Position numbers and translations under genes: made by a program. From Candidatus Sericytochromatia bacterium (lineage in GTDB: Bacteria; Cyanobacteriota; Sericytochromatia; S15B-MN24; UBA4093): a DNA stretch of 64,000 bases. The notes beneath the pieces were generated by a model. It ran no database searches, had not been told where the DNA came from, and saw nothing but the letters and a program-made list of their open reading frames with translations. The stretch is from contig JAKFCT010000015.1 in NCBI GenBank assembly GCA_036676495.1, positions 1-64,000 on the forward strand, given 5' to 3'. Of the stretch, positions 50,670 to 60,616 are shown piece by piece (within the stretch, counting starts at the first letter, position 1; each line of letters opens with the position of its first letter).

Positions 50670-51800
50670 TTGAAGGTAGCACTGGTCCACGAATGGCTCA
50701 CCACCCTCGGCGGATCCGAGCGCGTCGTCTGGGCCTTTCACCGGCTCTTCCCCGGGGCTCCGGTCTATACCTCCGTGCACCGCAAGGACCTATTGCCAGC
50801 CGCGTTCCATGAGCTGGACGTCCGACCGTCCTTCCTTCAACGGATCCCCGGGGCCACGCGCCATTACCAGAAGCTCCTCCCCTTGATGCCGCTCGCCTTC
50901 GAGCAGTTCGACCTTTCGGGCTACGACGTGGTCCTTTCGAGCCACCATGCCTGCGCCAAGGGGGTCATCACCTCGCCGGACACCCTTCATATCAGCTACG
51001 TGCATACGCCCATGCGCTACGCCTGGGACCTGTTCCATCCCTATCAGCGCTCCATGTCCCCCGTGATGCGCCCGCTGGCGGCGATGTTGCTCAGCCAGCT
51101 GCGGCAATGGGACGTGCTGAGCGCGAACCGCGTGGATTACTTCCTTGCGAACTCCAAGGAAGTGGCCCGGCGCATCCAGAAGCATTACCGGCGCCCCGCG
51201 CATGTCATTCACCCGCCCATCGACACGGGGCTCTACGAGCGCTCCGCGGAGATCGGGGACCATTACCTGGTCGTCTCGCGATTCGTGCCCTACAAGCGGG
51301 TCGATCTCGCGATTGAAGCGGCCAACCGTCTGGGAATTCCTTTGAAAGTCATCGGCTCGGGCCCCCTGGAGCCAGAGTTGCGGCGCCTCGCCACCTCCAA
51401 GCAGATCACGTTCATGGGGCACCTCTCGGACGAGCAGGTCCGCCAGGAGATGGCGCGCTGCCGCGCCCTGTTGTTCTGCTCCTTCGAGGACTTCGGGCTC
51501 GTTCCGCTGGAAGTCCAGGCGGCAGGCCGTCCGGTCATCGCGTACGGAGCCGGCGGAGCCCTCGAGACGGTCATCGACGGGGTCACGGGAGCCTTCTTCC
51601 AGGAGCAGACGGTGGATAGCCTCTGCCAGACCATCCGGCGCTTCGAGACGCTCGACCTCGATCCGGCCGTGATCCAGCGCCATGCCCGGAACTTCGACTT
51701 CGAGGCCTTCGCCGAGCAGCTGATGGCCTTCGTGACCCAAGCGTACCAGGCCCACCGCCAGGGAGAGGTGCTTCCCTCCTTCGAGGTGGTTCATGGCTAA
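50670..51800 (+). CDS. GT4 glycosyltransferase (WbaZ-like mannosyltransferase type)
   Basis: VALVHEWL..GGSERV, HTPMRYAWD, SRFVPYKR, EDFGLVPLE. Confidence 0.9.
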   Translation: MKVALVHEWLTTLGGSERVVWAFHRLFPGAPVYTSVHRKDLLPAAFHELDVRPSFLQRIPGATRHYQKLLPLMPLAFEQFDLSGYDVVLSSHHACAKGVITSPDTLHISYVHTPMRYAWDLFHPYQRSMSPVMRPLAAMLLSQLRQWDVLSANRVDYFLANSKEVARRIQKHYRRPAHVIHPPIDTGLYERSAEIGDHYLVVSRFVPYKRVDLAIEAANRLGIPLKVIGSGPLEPELRRLATSKQITFMGHLSDEQVRQEMARCRALLFCSFEDFGLVPLEVQAAGRPVIAYGAGGALETVIDGVTGAFFQEQTVDSLCQTIRRFETLDLDPAVIQRHARNFDFEAFAEQLMAFVTQAYQAHRQGEVLPSFEVVHG

Positions 51801-53346
51801 AGCGTCGACCACGGTTCCACCGCAAAGCCCATCGTCAGCCATGCTGCCGGCCGTCGACTCCTGGCGCTATTGGCTACGCAAGAACATCTTCTACGCGGGC
51901 CTTCCGCTAGTCCTTCTGGCGGATTGGCTCATCATCAACACGGTCTTTCATGTCACGTACGGCATGCGCTTCTGGTGGGGAATTCTCGCCCCGGTCGCCG
52001 TAGCTCCTCCCTGGCAGCCTTACTTCTACGCCACGGGGTTCCTCGCGACGATCTGGGTGCTGGTCTTCGCCGGCCTCGGCCTCTACAAGTACCGGCGGGC
52101 GGCGTCCAAGTTCGACGATGCCGTACTCCTCGCCGTCGGCCTCTTCTTCGGCACCCTGATCGCCCTGGCCATGGGCTTCTTCTACCGCGACTTCTCGTAC
52201 TCCCGGCTCGTGATGGTCTACGCGGTCGGCTTCTCCTACGTGACGCTCGTACTCTTCCACCTCCTGCTCCGCAGCCTCCAGCAAACGCTTCAGGCGAGCG
52301 GCTGGGGAGCCCTCAACAGCCTGATCATCGGCTGCAACTCGCTGGGCGAGATGATGGCGAGCCGGATTCAGGGCGCGCCGCATCTCGGATACCGCCTGGC
52401 GGGCTTCGTGCCGGGTCCGGGGGAGTGGGGAGAGGGCGATCAGTGGATCTGTCCGGTCAATACCGACGAGTTGCGGACCAGCTCGATGAAGACCTACGGC
52501 CAGGTCCTCGGCGAGCTCGACGAATTGCCCAGCGTGCTGAAGCGGCATGATATCGACCAGGTGATCCTGGCCCGTCCCGGAGCGCGCATGTCGGAGTTCT
52601 TCGACCTGATGAACCGCTGCGTTCCCGCCGACCTCAATCGCCCCCGGAACATCCAGTTCCGGATCGTTCCCGATCTCGTGGAGATGGCGACCGCGAAGTT
52701 TCATATCACGGAGCTGGACGGCATCCCGACGCTTCAGATCGCCGAGGTCCCTCTGCGGAAGCGGCATAACCGGATCCTGAAGCGGACCATGGACATCGTG
52801 CTCTCGCTTTTCGGGCTGCTGGCGGCCTCTCCGCTGATGCTGGCGGCGGCGATCGCCGTCAAGGTCACGTCCCCGGGGCCCATCTTCTACCGCCAGGAGC
52901 GCATGGGCCGCGATGGACGCCTCTTCAACATCTACAAGTTCCGCTCCATGGTGGTGGACGCCGAGGTCAAGTCGGGTCCGGTCTGGGCGACCGCTCACGA
53001 TCCCCGCACGACCCGGGTGGGCGCCGTGCTCCGCCGTCTCTCGATCGACGAGCTTCCCCAGATCTGGAACGTCCTGAAAGGGGATATGAGCCTGGTCGGG
53101 CCGCGCCCGGAGCGCCCGCATTTCGTCGAGCAGTTCAGCCAGAACATCCCCAAGTACATGGATCGGCACCTGGTCCGGAGCGGGCTCACCGGCTGGGCCC
53201 AGGTGAACGGCCTGAGAGGGGAAGAGGGGACCATCGAGGAGCGGACCCGCTACGATATCTATTACATCGAGAACTGGTCCTTGCTCTTCGATCTGCGGAT
53301 CATCATCAAGACGGCCCTGGAGGTCCTGACCCACAACGCCTATTAA
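51793..53346 (+). CDS. Undecaprenyl-phosphate sugar phosphotransferase (WcaJ/WbaP-type initiating enzyme)
   Basis: Four N-terminal TMs, [44 protein letters not shown]. Confidence 0.93.
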   Translation: MAKASTTVPPQSPSSAMLPAVDSWRYWLRKNIFYAGLPLVLLADWLIINTVFHVTYGMRFWWGILAPVAVAPPWQPYFYATGFLATIWVLVFAGLGLYKYRRAASKFDDAVLLAVGLFFGTLIALAMGFFYRDFSYSRLVMVYAVGFSYVTLVLFHLLLRSLQQTLQASGWGALNSLIIGCNSLGEMMASRIQGAPHLGYRLAGFVPGPGEWGEGDQWICPVNTDELRTSSMKTYGQVLGELDELPSVLKRHDIDQVILARPGARMSEFFDLMNRCVPADLNRPRNIQFRIVPDLVEMATAKFHITELDGIPTLQIAEVPLRKRHNRILKRTMDIVLSLFGLLAASPLMLAAAIAVKVTSPGPIFYRQERMGRDGRLFNIYKFRSMVVDAEVKSGPVWATAHDPRTTRVGAVLRRLSIDELPQIWNVLKGDMSLVGPRPERPHFVEQFSQNIPKYMDRHLVRSGLTGWAQVNGLRGEEGTIEERTRYDIYYIENWSLLFDLRIIIKTALEVLTHNAY

Positions 53347-53503
53347 GAATCGTGTCTCGTCCGGGACGGCGGTTGCCGTACCCTCTCAGGAGTGGTACGA
53401 GAGTAGGTGGGGCCCCCATGGCCCCTGTCCCGAGCCCCGGCGCCAGCGGCTCTCCTCGATGGGAATCGCCGTCTGCTCCAGGCATGCTAGTTTTGAGGGT
53501 CCC

Positions 53504-53875
53504 GTGTTCTATTCGATTGCCTTGATCTTGGCCTCGGTGCTGGTGGGAGTCTTCGGTCAACTCTTCTTCAAAGCGGGAGTCACGCGGCTCGGCCCCATCG
53601 GCGCGGAGGCGCTGGCCAACCTCCCCCACCTGATCGGAGCGGTCGTCATGAACCCCTTGATCATGTTGGGGCTCGCCTGCTACGGTTTGGGAGCCGCGAT
53701 GTGGATCATCGTCCTCTCGCGGGTCGACCTCAGCCTGGCTTACCCCATGCTCGGATTGGGCTACGTCTTCGTCCTGCTCATCTCTTGGCTGGTCTTCGGC
53801 GAGGCGGTGAGCGCGCTACGCTGGGTGGGAACCCTCATGATCGTTGCCGGAGTCGTGCTGGTCGCGCGCTCTTAA
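53504..53875 (+). CDS. SMR/EamA-type small 4-TM transporter (ArnE/ArnF-like)
   Basis: GQLFFK, LSRVDLSLAYP, FGEAVS..RWVG; start set at GTG 53504. Confidence 0.8.
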   Translation: MFYSIALILASVLVGVFGQLFFKAGVTRLGPIGAEALANLPHLIGAVVMNPLIMLGLACYGLGAAMWIIVLSRVDLSLAYPMLGLGYVFVLLISWLVFGEAVSALRWVGTLMIVAGVVLVARS

Positions 53876-53891
53876 CTAGGAAGGATTCGCC

Positions 53892-54890
53892 ATGACTGCG
53901 AAAACGAAGGGGAAGATCCTGGTCGTCGGAGGAGCCGGCTACATCGGCTCTCACGCCGTCAAGGAGCTCAACCTCCAGGGCTACGAGACCGTCACCTTCG
54001 ACAACCTCGTCTACGGCCACCGGGACGCCGTGAAGTGGGGGGCCTTCGAGGAGGGCGACATGGCGGATGAGAACCGCCTGCGCGAGCTCTTCGCCACCCA
54101 TGAGATCGCCGCCGTCATGCACTTCGCCGCCTACGCCTACGTCGGCGAGTCCGTCACCGACCCCGAGAAGTACTACTTCAACAACGTCGCCGCCACGCTC
54201 AACCTCCTCAAGGTCATGCGCGAGTTTGGCGTCACCAAGTTCATCTTCTCGTCCACCTGCGCAACCTACGGCGAGCCCCAGGTGGTTCCCATCCCCGAGG
54301 ATCACCCCCAGAATCCCATCAACCCCTACGGGATGAGCAAGCTGATGGTCGAGAAGATCCTCGCCGACTACGGCCGCGCCTACGGCCTCAAGTCGATCGC
54401 CTTCCGCTACTTCAACGCCGCCGGCGCCGATCCCGACGGCGAGATCGGCGAGCGCCACGACCCCGAGACCCACCTGATCCCGCTGGTCATGGAAGCCATC
54501 CTCGGCGGCCGCAAGCTGAAGATCTTCGGCGACGACTACCCCACCGCGGACGGGACCTGCATCCGCGACTACATCCACGTCGTGGACCTCGCCCGCGCCC
54601 ATATCCTCGGCCTGGAGCGGCTCTTGGCCGGCGGCGACTCCGCCGTCTACAACCTGGGCAACGGCAGCGGTTACTCGGTCAAGCAGATCATCGAGACCAC
54701 CGAGAAGGTCTCGGGCCGCAAGGTGCCCTACGACGTCGCCCCCCGCCGCGCCGGGGATCCCGCCGCCCTCATCGGGTCGGCCGGCAAGGCGATCGCCGAA
54801 CTCGGCTGGAAGCCCGAGTTCGCCGAGATCGACCGCATCATCGAAACCGCATGGCATTGGCACCGCTCGCGCGTCGAGAGTAAGATCTAA
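53892..54890 (+). CDS. galE: UDP-glucose 4-epimerase
   Basis: GGAGYIGSH, HFAA..VGES, FSSTCATYG, PYGMSK, RYFNAAGA, DGTCIRDYIHV. Confidence 0.95.
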   Translation: MTAKTKGKILVVGGAGYIGSHAVKELNLQGYETVTFDNLVYGHRDAVKWGAFEEGDMADENRLRELFATHEIAAVMHFAAYAYVGESVTDPEKYYFNNVAATLNLLKVMREFGVTKFIFSSTCATYGEPQVVPIPEDHPQNPINPYGMSKLMVEKILADYGRAYGLKSIAFRYFNAAGADPDGEIGERHDPETHLIPLVMEAILGGRKLKIFGDDYPTADGTCIRDYIHVVDLARAHILGLERLLAGGDSAVYNLGNGSGYSVKQIIETTEKVSGRKVPYDVAPRRAGDPAALIGSAGKAIAELGWKPEFAEIDRIIETAWHWHRSRVESKI

Positions 54891-54953
54891 CGTAGCAGCT
54901 GAGCGCCCGTCGCTGCTTGCAGCGCCCGCGGCGGATATATAGGAGGATTCAAG

Positions 54954-56333
54954 GTGGGGAAACTCTTCGGCACGGATGGCGTGCGCGGATTAGCCAACGC
55001 CAAGCTCACCCCCGAACTGGCCTTCAAACTCGGCCGCTGCGGCGCGGCCGTCCTCCTGGCACACGTCACCGAGGGTCAAGCCACGGTCCTCATCGGCCGT
55101 GACACCCGCCGCTCGGGCACCATGCTGGAAGCGGCCCTCGCCGCCGGCTTCTGCTCGATGGGCGTCAACGTCGTGCGCCTCGGCGTCGTTCCCACCCCCA
55201 CCGTGGCCTGGCTCACCCGCAACGCCTCCGTGGCCGGCACCCATGCCGCCGCAGGCGTCATGATCTCCGCCAGCCACAACCCCAGCCCCGACAACGGCAT
55301 CAAGTTCTTCGACGCCAACGGCTTCAAGCTCCCCGACGAGATCGAAGCCGAGATCGAAGCCCTCGTCCTGGCTGACGACGACAAGCTTCCCCGCCCCACC
55401 GGCAAGGAGCTCGGCACCATCACCGAGGACTTCGCCCTGGTGGAGGCCTACGTCGATCACGTCACCAAGCTCGTCTCCGAAGGCCTGGAGGGGATGCGGA
55501 TCGTCGTGGACACCGGCCATGGCGCCGCCTCCGAGATCGCGCCCTTCGTCCTGCGCGGCCTCGGCGCCGACGTGAAGGTCCTCCACGACGCCCCGGACGG
55601 CGACAACATCAACGACGGTTGTGGCTCGACCCACCTCGACATCCTCAAGCGCGAAGTGGTCGCCAACTCCTTCGACCTGGGACTCGCCTTCGACGGCGAC
55701 GCCGACCGGCTGCTGGCGGTGGATCATGCCGGCCATGAAGTGGACGGCGATCACTTGATGCTGATCTGCCTCAAGCACGGCCTGTCGACCGGACGCTTCA
55801 CCTCTCCCGCGGTGGTGGCGACGGTCATGAGCAACCTCGGCTTCGAGCAGGCCCTCGGGGAACTGGGCGGCGAGCTGGTCCGCGCCAAGGTGGGCGATCG
55901 CTACGTCCTCGAGGAGATGCTCAAGCGCGACATCCGGCTGGGCGGCGAGCAATCCGGACACCTGATCTTCCTCGACGACAACACCACCGGAGACGGCCTC
56001 ATCTCGGCCCTTCGCGTGCTCTCGGCGATCAAGGCTGCCGCCAAGCCGCTGCGCGAGCTGGCCGCCGAGATGACCGACTACCCGCAGGTCCTCCTGAACG
56101 TCCGGGTCGCCTCGACCCAGGGCTGGCAGGACGACGCCGTGATCCAGCGCGAGATCGCGGCCGCGACCGACACCCTCGCCGGCACCGGCCGGATCCTGGT
56201 CCGGGCCTCGGGCACCGAACCCCTGATCCGGGTCATGGTCGAAGGGCAAGAGGCCGCCGTGATTCACCGGCTGGCCGAGCACCTCTGCGAGACCATCCGC
56301 CAGCGCCTTGCCGGCACGCCGCTGCCGGCGTAA
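54954..56333 (+). CDS. glmM: Phosphoglucosamine mutase
   Basis: FGTDGVRG, GVMISASHNP, FDGDADR, GGEQSGH, RASGTEPLIRVMVE. Confidence 0.96.
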   Translation: MGKLFGTDGVRGLANAKLTPELAFKLGRCGAAVLLAHVTEGQATVLIGRDTRRSGTMLEAALAAGFCSMGVNVVRLGVVPTPTVAWLTRNASVAGTHAAAGVMISASHNPSPDNGIKFFDANGFKLPDEIEAEIEALVLADDDKLPRPTGKELGTITEDFALVEAYVDHVTKLVSEGLEGMRIVVDTGHGAASEIAPFVLRGLGADVKVLHDAPDGDNINDGCGSTHLDILKREVVANSFDLGLAFDGDADRLLAVDHAGHEVDGDHLMLICLKHGLSTGRFTSPAVVATVMSNLGFEQALGELGGELVRAKVGDRYVLEEMLKRDIRLGGEQSGHLIFLDDNTTGDGLISALRVLSAIKAAAKPLRELAAEMTDYPQVLLNVRVASTQGWQDDAVIQREIAAATDTLAGTGRILVRASGTEPLIRVMVEGQEAAVIHRLAEHLCETIRQRLAGTPLPA

Positions 56334-56354
56334 CGCCGCCCTCGACAAGCACCT

Positions 56355-56399
56355 AAAAGAAAGGACCGCCGTCCCGATGGACGGCGGTCCTTTCTTTTT
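56355..56399. terminator. Bidirectional intrinsic terminator
   Basis: aaaagaaaggaccgccgtcc cgat ggacggcggtcctttcttttt between convergent genes. Confidence 0.92.
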
Positions 56400-56420
56400 A
56401 CGCGATTATTGGTTAGGCGA

Positions 56421-57200
56421 TTACCTGGCGATCGCCTCTGGCGTCGGCTGGCCCGCGCTAGCGGTGACCCGGGGCTCCAGCCACTCCCGGACCTCGCGCA
56501 TCAGGGCGTCTCGCTGCTCGACGGAATAGGCCGAGGCATCGATGGGCTGGCCGAACTCGACCTCGACCCGGTGACCCAGGCTCAGGCGGAAGGACTTGGG
56601 GGGAATCACGCCGTAGGCGCCCTTGATGGCCACCGGCACGATCTGCGCTCCGGTCTCGAGCGCGAGCATGAAGCCCCCCTTCTTAAAGGGAAGCAACTTG
56701 CCGTCCCGGCTGCGGGTGCCTTCCGGCGCGATCCAGACGTTGATGCCGCTCTGCATGATCCGCGCGGCCTCCTTCAGGCTCTGCACCGCCTTGTAGCGGT
56801 CCTTGCGATCGATGCTGATGAACTCGGAGACCTTCAGGGCCTGCCCCCAGATGGGAACGTTGAAGAGCTCCTTCTTGGTTACCATGCGCAGTCGGCCCTT
56901 GAGGGCGGTGAAGAGGATCGGGATGTCGTAGAGGCTCTGATGATTCGACATGAAGAGGTAGGGTTTGCTGAGATCCAGCTGATCCAACCCTTTCACCACA
57001 AGGTCGATTTGCGCTTCCTCGAGGCAGCCCTTGCCCAGGATCTCGCAGCGCTGATCAACCAGTTCGCGGGTGAGCCGGCCCCGCCGGGCTTCGCGCACGA
57101 CGAAGGCGCTCCCGGAGAGGAGGCGGATGACGGCACGCAAGGAGGCAAGCGCGCTGCGGCGCTCCCGGGCGACGGGCTTTTGGGTCGGAGTATCGGTCAC
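56421..57200 (-). CDS. Lysophospholipid acyltransferase (PlsC family)
   Basis: SNHQSLYD (HxxxxD), ISIDR, APEGTRS, FKKG, IVPVAI. Confidence 0.9.
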   Translation of the reverse strand: MTDTPTQKPVARERRSALASLRAVIRLLSGSAFVVREARRGRLTRELVDQRCEILGKGCLEEAQIDLVVKGLDQLDLSKPYLFMSNHQSLYDIPILFTALKGRLRMVTKKELFNVPIWGQALKVSEFISIDRKDRYKAVQSLKEAARIMQSGINVWIAPEGTRSRDGKLLPFKKGGFMLALETGAQIVPVAIKGAYGVIPPKSFRLSLGHRVEVEFGQPIDASAYSVEQRDALMREVREWLEPRVTASAGQPTPEAIAR

Positions 57201-57248
57201 GGTTGGTGGGCTCCCATTACAAAAACGGTATGACGCGAAAGTGTCAGT

Positions 57249-57440
57249 CTAGGTCGACCTGCCCCCCCCGTCAACCTCGCTCTGGGCTTTACGATGCTCG
57301 GCGCGGGCGACGACGGCAAGGCGCTGATCGGTCGTCATGTCCAGCCACTGGACGATCTCGTCCAGGGAGCGCCAGCAGCCGATGCAGAGCATGCGATCGC
57401 CGTCGATCTTACAGGTTTTGACGCATGGGCTACGAACCAT
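57249..57440 (-). CDS. DUF1289-like small Cys-rich protein
   Basis: SPCVKTC..LCIGCWRSLDEI..W. Confidence 0.82.
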   Translation of the reverse strand: MVRSPCVKTCKIDGDRMLCIGCWRSLDEIVQWLDMTTDQRLAVVARAEHRKAQSEVDGGGRST

Positions 57441-57619
57441 GGGCACCTCGTGGAAGCAGGATCGTTTCCATTTTAACCGGAGATGCCACGGTTTCGCCCG
57501 GAGGCGGCAAAAAAACCTCGAAAAGGTCGCGGAACTCCCGATTAGCGCCCGCGGCTGTTTCGAAGCGCCTGCGGCTAGGGTTGGGAAAGCGAAGCTGACC
57601 CGTAGAAACGACGTTAGCT

Positions 57620-59893
57620 CTAGGGAGCGTCCTCATGCAGCTGATTGGCCCGGATGGCGAGCGCCAGGCGAATCTCCCCGTAGGAAACGCGCTCGGCGAG
57701 GTCCTCGAAAATCGGCTTGAGACGCTCGGCCTGCAAACGTACCGCCGCCTCGAGCACCTGAGCATATGCCCTGCGGCTGACCCAGGGCTCGGGACGGGTG
57801 ACGTTCGCTTCCTGGATGAACTCGAGGAGGTAGCCCTCGACCGTGCTCGCGGCGCGGCCCGTGAGCGCGGCCACCTCGTCCACCGTCTTGCCCTCCCGGA
57901 AGGCCTCGAAGGCCGCCTCGCGCTGGGGATTGGGGCGGCCGGGACGAGCCGAGTCGGCTTCCGGCGACGCGGCCGCGACTTCCGGGGCCGGGTCGGCCAC
58001 GGGAGCCTCGAGGGGAGTGAATCCCAGGGCTGCGCTCTGGCGCTGGATGAGGTCGAGAAGGCGATCGCCCAGATCCCGCGCCTTGACCTCGCCGATGCCC
58101 TTGATGCCGCGCAGGGCCTGGCCTGAAGCGGGACGATGTCGTGCGAGTTCCCGCAGGGTCGCATCACCCAGGATGAGATAAGGCGGCAGGCCGCGTTCCT
58201 GGGCGATCGCCCGTCTCCAAGCCCGCAATTCCTCGAAGAGGCTTTCCTCTTGGGGAGAAAGGGCGACGGTTTCGGCCTTTCCTCGGCCGGCCGGGGCCTT
58301 GCGCTCCACCGGACGCGGCATGGAGAGCTGCACGCTCGCCTCGCCCTTGAGGAGGGCCCAACCGGAAGGGGTCAGGCGCAAGACCTGGTATTCGCCCTCG
58401 CGAACGAGGAAGTCCAGGCCGATCAGCTGGTCGATCCAGTCGCCGATATCCGGGAGCGTGTAGTCGGCGAGCAGGCCGTAGGTGCTGAGCTGGTCGTGGC
58501 CATTCTGGAGCAGCTTGGCGGTCTTGGAGCCCTTGAGGACCTCCGCGACGTAACGGGCACCGAAGCGCTCCTTGACCCTCGCGACGCCGGAGAGGATCTT
58601 CTGGGCCATCACCCGCGAGTCGGGAAGGACGGCATGCTCTCCGAGGCAGACATCGCATGCGCCGCAGTTCTCGCCCTCGAAGTCCTGGCCGAAGTAGCTC
58701 ACGAGGAAGCGGTGACGGCAGGTGAGGGTCCGGCAGAAGCGGTACATCTCGTCGATCTTGTGGAGCGCGAGGCGGTCGTAGTCGGATTGGGCATCGTCCT
58801 TCTGGGGTCCGCCCCTCTGGGGCCCGCCCCGCTGGGGACCGCCTTGAAGGTTGCGCCAAGCCATGGGATCGGCGGCCCCGTAGAGGAGAACGCATTCGGC
58901 GTCGAGGCGGTCGCGTCCCGCACGGCCTGCTTCCTGCTGGTAGTTCTCGATGGCCTTGGGCATGGCCGTGTGAATGACGAAGCGCACGTTGGAGCGATCG
59001 ATGCCCATCCCGAAGGCGACGGTGGCGCCGATCAGATCCACCTGCTCGGTCGAGAAGGCCTCCTGGTTGGCCCGGCGCGTATCGGCACTGAGACCCGCAT
59101 GGTACGGCAGCGCCTTGTAGCCCAGGCCCTGCAGGGTTTCGCAGAGGCTCTCCACGTCGGCGCGGCGGAGGCAGTAGATGATCCCGGCCTCTCCCTTATG
59201 ACGATCGAGCACCTCGCGGACCTGGGCCAGCATGTCCTTGCGGTACGCGGCGCGATAAAGGAGGTTCGGGCGATCGAAGCTCCCCACGAGCGTCAAGGCA
59301 TCGCGCATGCCGAGCAGCTGCGTGATGTCCTCGCGCACCGGCTCGGTGGCCGTGGCGGTGTAGGCATGGATGCCGATATCGGGGAACCATTCGCGGAGCT
59401 TGGCGAGGTTGCGGTAATCGGGGCGGAACTCATGGCCCCACTGGCTGACGCAGTGGGCTTCGTCCACGGCGAAGAAGCTGATGGGCGTGCTCTTGAGGAG
59501 GTCGTGGACATCCGGGGCCGCCAGCCGCTCGGGAGAGACGTAAAGGAGCTTGACCTGGCCGTTGCGGATGGCTTCATGCGCCCGGCGCCGCTCGTCGGTC
59601 GAGAGGGTGCTGTTGAGGGTGAGCGCCGAGATGCCATTGGAAACTAGCGCATCCACCTGGTCCTTCATGAGGGCCAGCAGGGGGGAGACGACCACGGCCA
59701 TGCCGTCCATGGCCAGGGCGGGAAGCTGGTAGCACATGGACTTGCCGCCGCCCGTGGGCAGGATGACGAGGCAGTCGCGCTTGCTGAGCACGGCCTGGAC
59801 GGCCTCGGCCTGGTTGGGCAAGAAGCTGTCATAGCCCCAGTGTCGGCGGAGCAGCTCGGGGATCTGGGAATCGAGTTTGGTTTCAACACGCAT
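57620..59893 (-). CDS. recQ: DNA helicase RecQ with HRDC and extra C-terminal helical domain
   Basis: PTGGGKSMCYQ, VDEAHCVSQWGHEFRP, ATVAFGMGID, QEAGRAGRD, Zn-binding CRH..CGACDVC, HRDC-like region; start set at ATG 59893. Confidence 0.95.
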   Translation of the reverse strand: MRVETKLDSQIPELLRRHWGYDSFLPNQAEAVQAVLSKRDCLVILPTGGGKSMCYQLPALAMDGMAVVVSPLLALMKDQVDALVSNGISALTLNSTLSTDERRRAHEAIRNGQVKLLYVSPERLAAPDVHDLLKSTPISFFAVDEAHCVSQWGHEFRPDYRNLAKLREWFPDIGIHAYTATATEPVREDITQLLGMRDALTLVGSFDRPNLLYRAAYRKDMLAQVREVLDRHKGEAGIIYCLRRADVESLCETLQGLGYKALPYHAGLSADTRRANQEAFSTEQVDLIGATVAFGMGIDRSNVRFVIHTAMPKAIENYQQEAGRAGRDRLDAECVLLYGAADPMAWRNLQGGPQRGGPQRGGPQKDDAQSDYDRLALHKIDEMYRFCRTLTCRHRFLVSYFGQDFEGENCGACDVCLGEHAVLPDSRVMAQKILSGVARVKERFGARYVAEVLKGSKTAKLLQNGHDQLSTYGLLADYTLPDIGDWIDQLIGLDFLVREGEYQVLRLTPSGWALLKGEASVQLSMPRPVERKAPAGRGKAETVALSPQEESLFEELRAWRRAIAQERGLPPYLILGDATLRELARHRPASGQALRGIKGIGEVKARDLGDRLLDLIQRQSAALGFTPLEAPVADPAPEVAAASPEADSARPGRPNPQREAAFEAFREGKTVDEVAALTGRAASTVEGYLLEFIQEANVTRPEPWVSRRAYAQVLEAAVRLQAERLKPIFEDLAERVSYGEIRLALAIRANQLHEDAP
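58799..58843 (-). repeat. In-frame 15-bp tandem repeat x3 in recQ encoding GGPQR-GGPQR-GGPQK
   Basis: GGCGGTCCCCAGCGG GGCGGGCCCCAGAGG GGCGGACCCCAGAAG. Confidence 0.9.
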
Positions 59894-60003
59894 AGTTTCA
59901 TTAAAGCACGAGTTCGGGGGAAATCCCGAGACTCCGGTCGAGGAGCGACAGTTCAGCTCATCGCATCGCGAAAAAGCGCATGCCACGTAGAACCGCACCA
60001 ATG

Positions 60004-60038
60004 TTGACATGAAATCAAAATGGATAATATCATGTCAA
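60004..60038. promoter_or_regulatory. Palindrome / overlapping divergent promoter region between recQ and ssb
   Basis: TTGACATGA-N17-TCATGTCAA, perfect 9-bp inverted repeat in an AT-rich patch. Confidence 0.75.
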
Positions 60039-60090
60039 ACCAAAAGAAGCGAGGAAGCGAGCGATTCCTTGATCTCGAGAGGAGGAAGCC

Positions 60091-60474
60091 ATGAATCGGA
60101 TCTGTCTGACGGGGCGCGTGATCGCGGACCCCGAACTCCGAACGCTGGGCGAACGCGTGGTCGCGACCGTTCCCGTCTCGGTGAACCGGCCCTACAAGCG
60201 CAAGGATGCTCCCTACCCGGAGTCGGACATCTTCCGGGTCGACGTCTGGGGGTCGCGCGGGGAATCGCTGGTCAACCACGTCTCGAAGGGCGATCAGGTC
60301 TGGGTGACCGGCCGGGTAGAACTGCGCAAAGCCGAAGGAAGCGGCTTCTACGTCGACGTCCGGGACGGGGAATGGGGGTTCGTCGGGCCGCGACCCACTC
60401 CTCCCGAGCACGAAGAGAGCGAGGAAGAGGTCGCGCCGCCCCCGAAAGCGACCGCCCGCAGCGGCAAGAAGTAG
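60091..60474 (+). CDS. ssb: Single-stranded DNA-binding protein, short form
   Basis: MNRICLTGRVIADPELR, VNR, VDVWG, KGDQVWVTGR; RBS AGGAGG. Confidence 0.88.
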   Translation: MNRICLTGRVIADPELRTLGERVVATVPVSVNRPYKRKDAPYPESDIFRVDVWGSRGESLVNHVSKGDQVWVTGRVELRKAEGSGFYVDVRDGEWGFVGPRPTPPEHEESEEEVAPPPKATARSGKK

Positions 60475-60616
60475 ACCCACGGGGCATGGAAGAAGCCCGC
60501 CGGTCTCAATCGCCGGCGGGCGGGTTCAGAGAGGCTTCGGGGCGGGGGTGTCATGGCGACCCCGCGTGGCGCGTGATCCTGCTTTCGCTCGCTTGGCAGC
60601 GTTCCGAGCGACTCCA

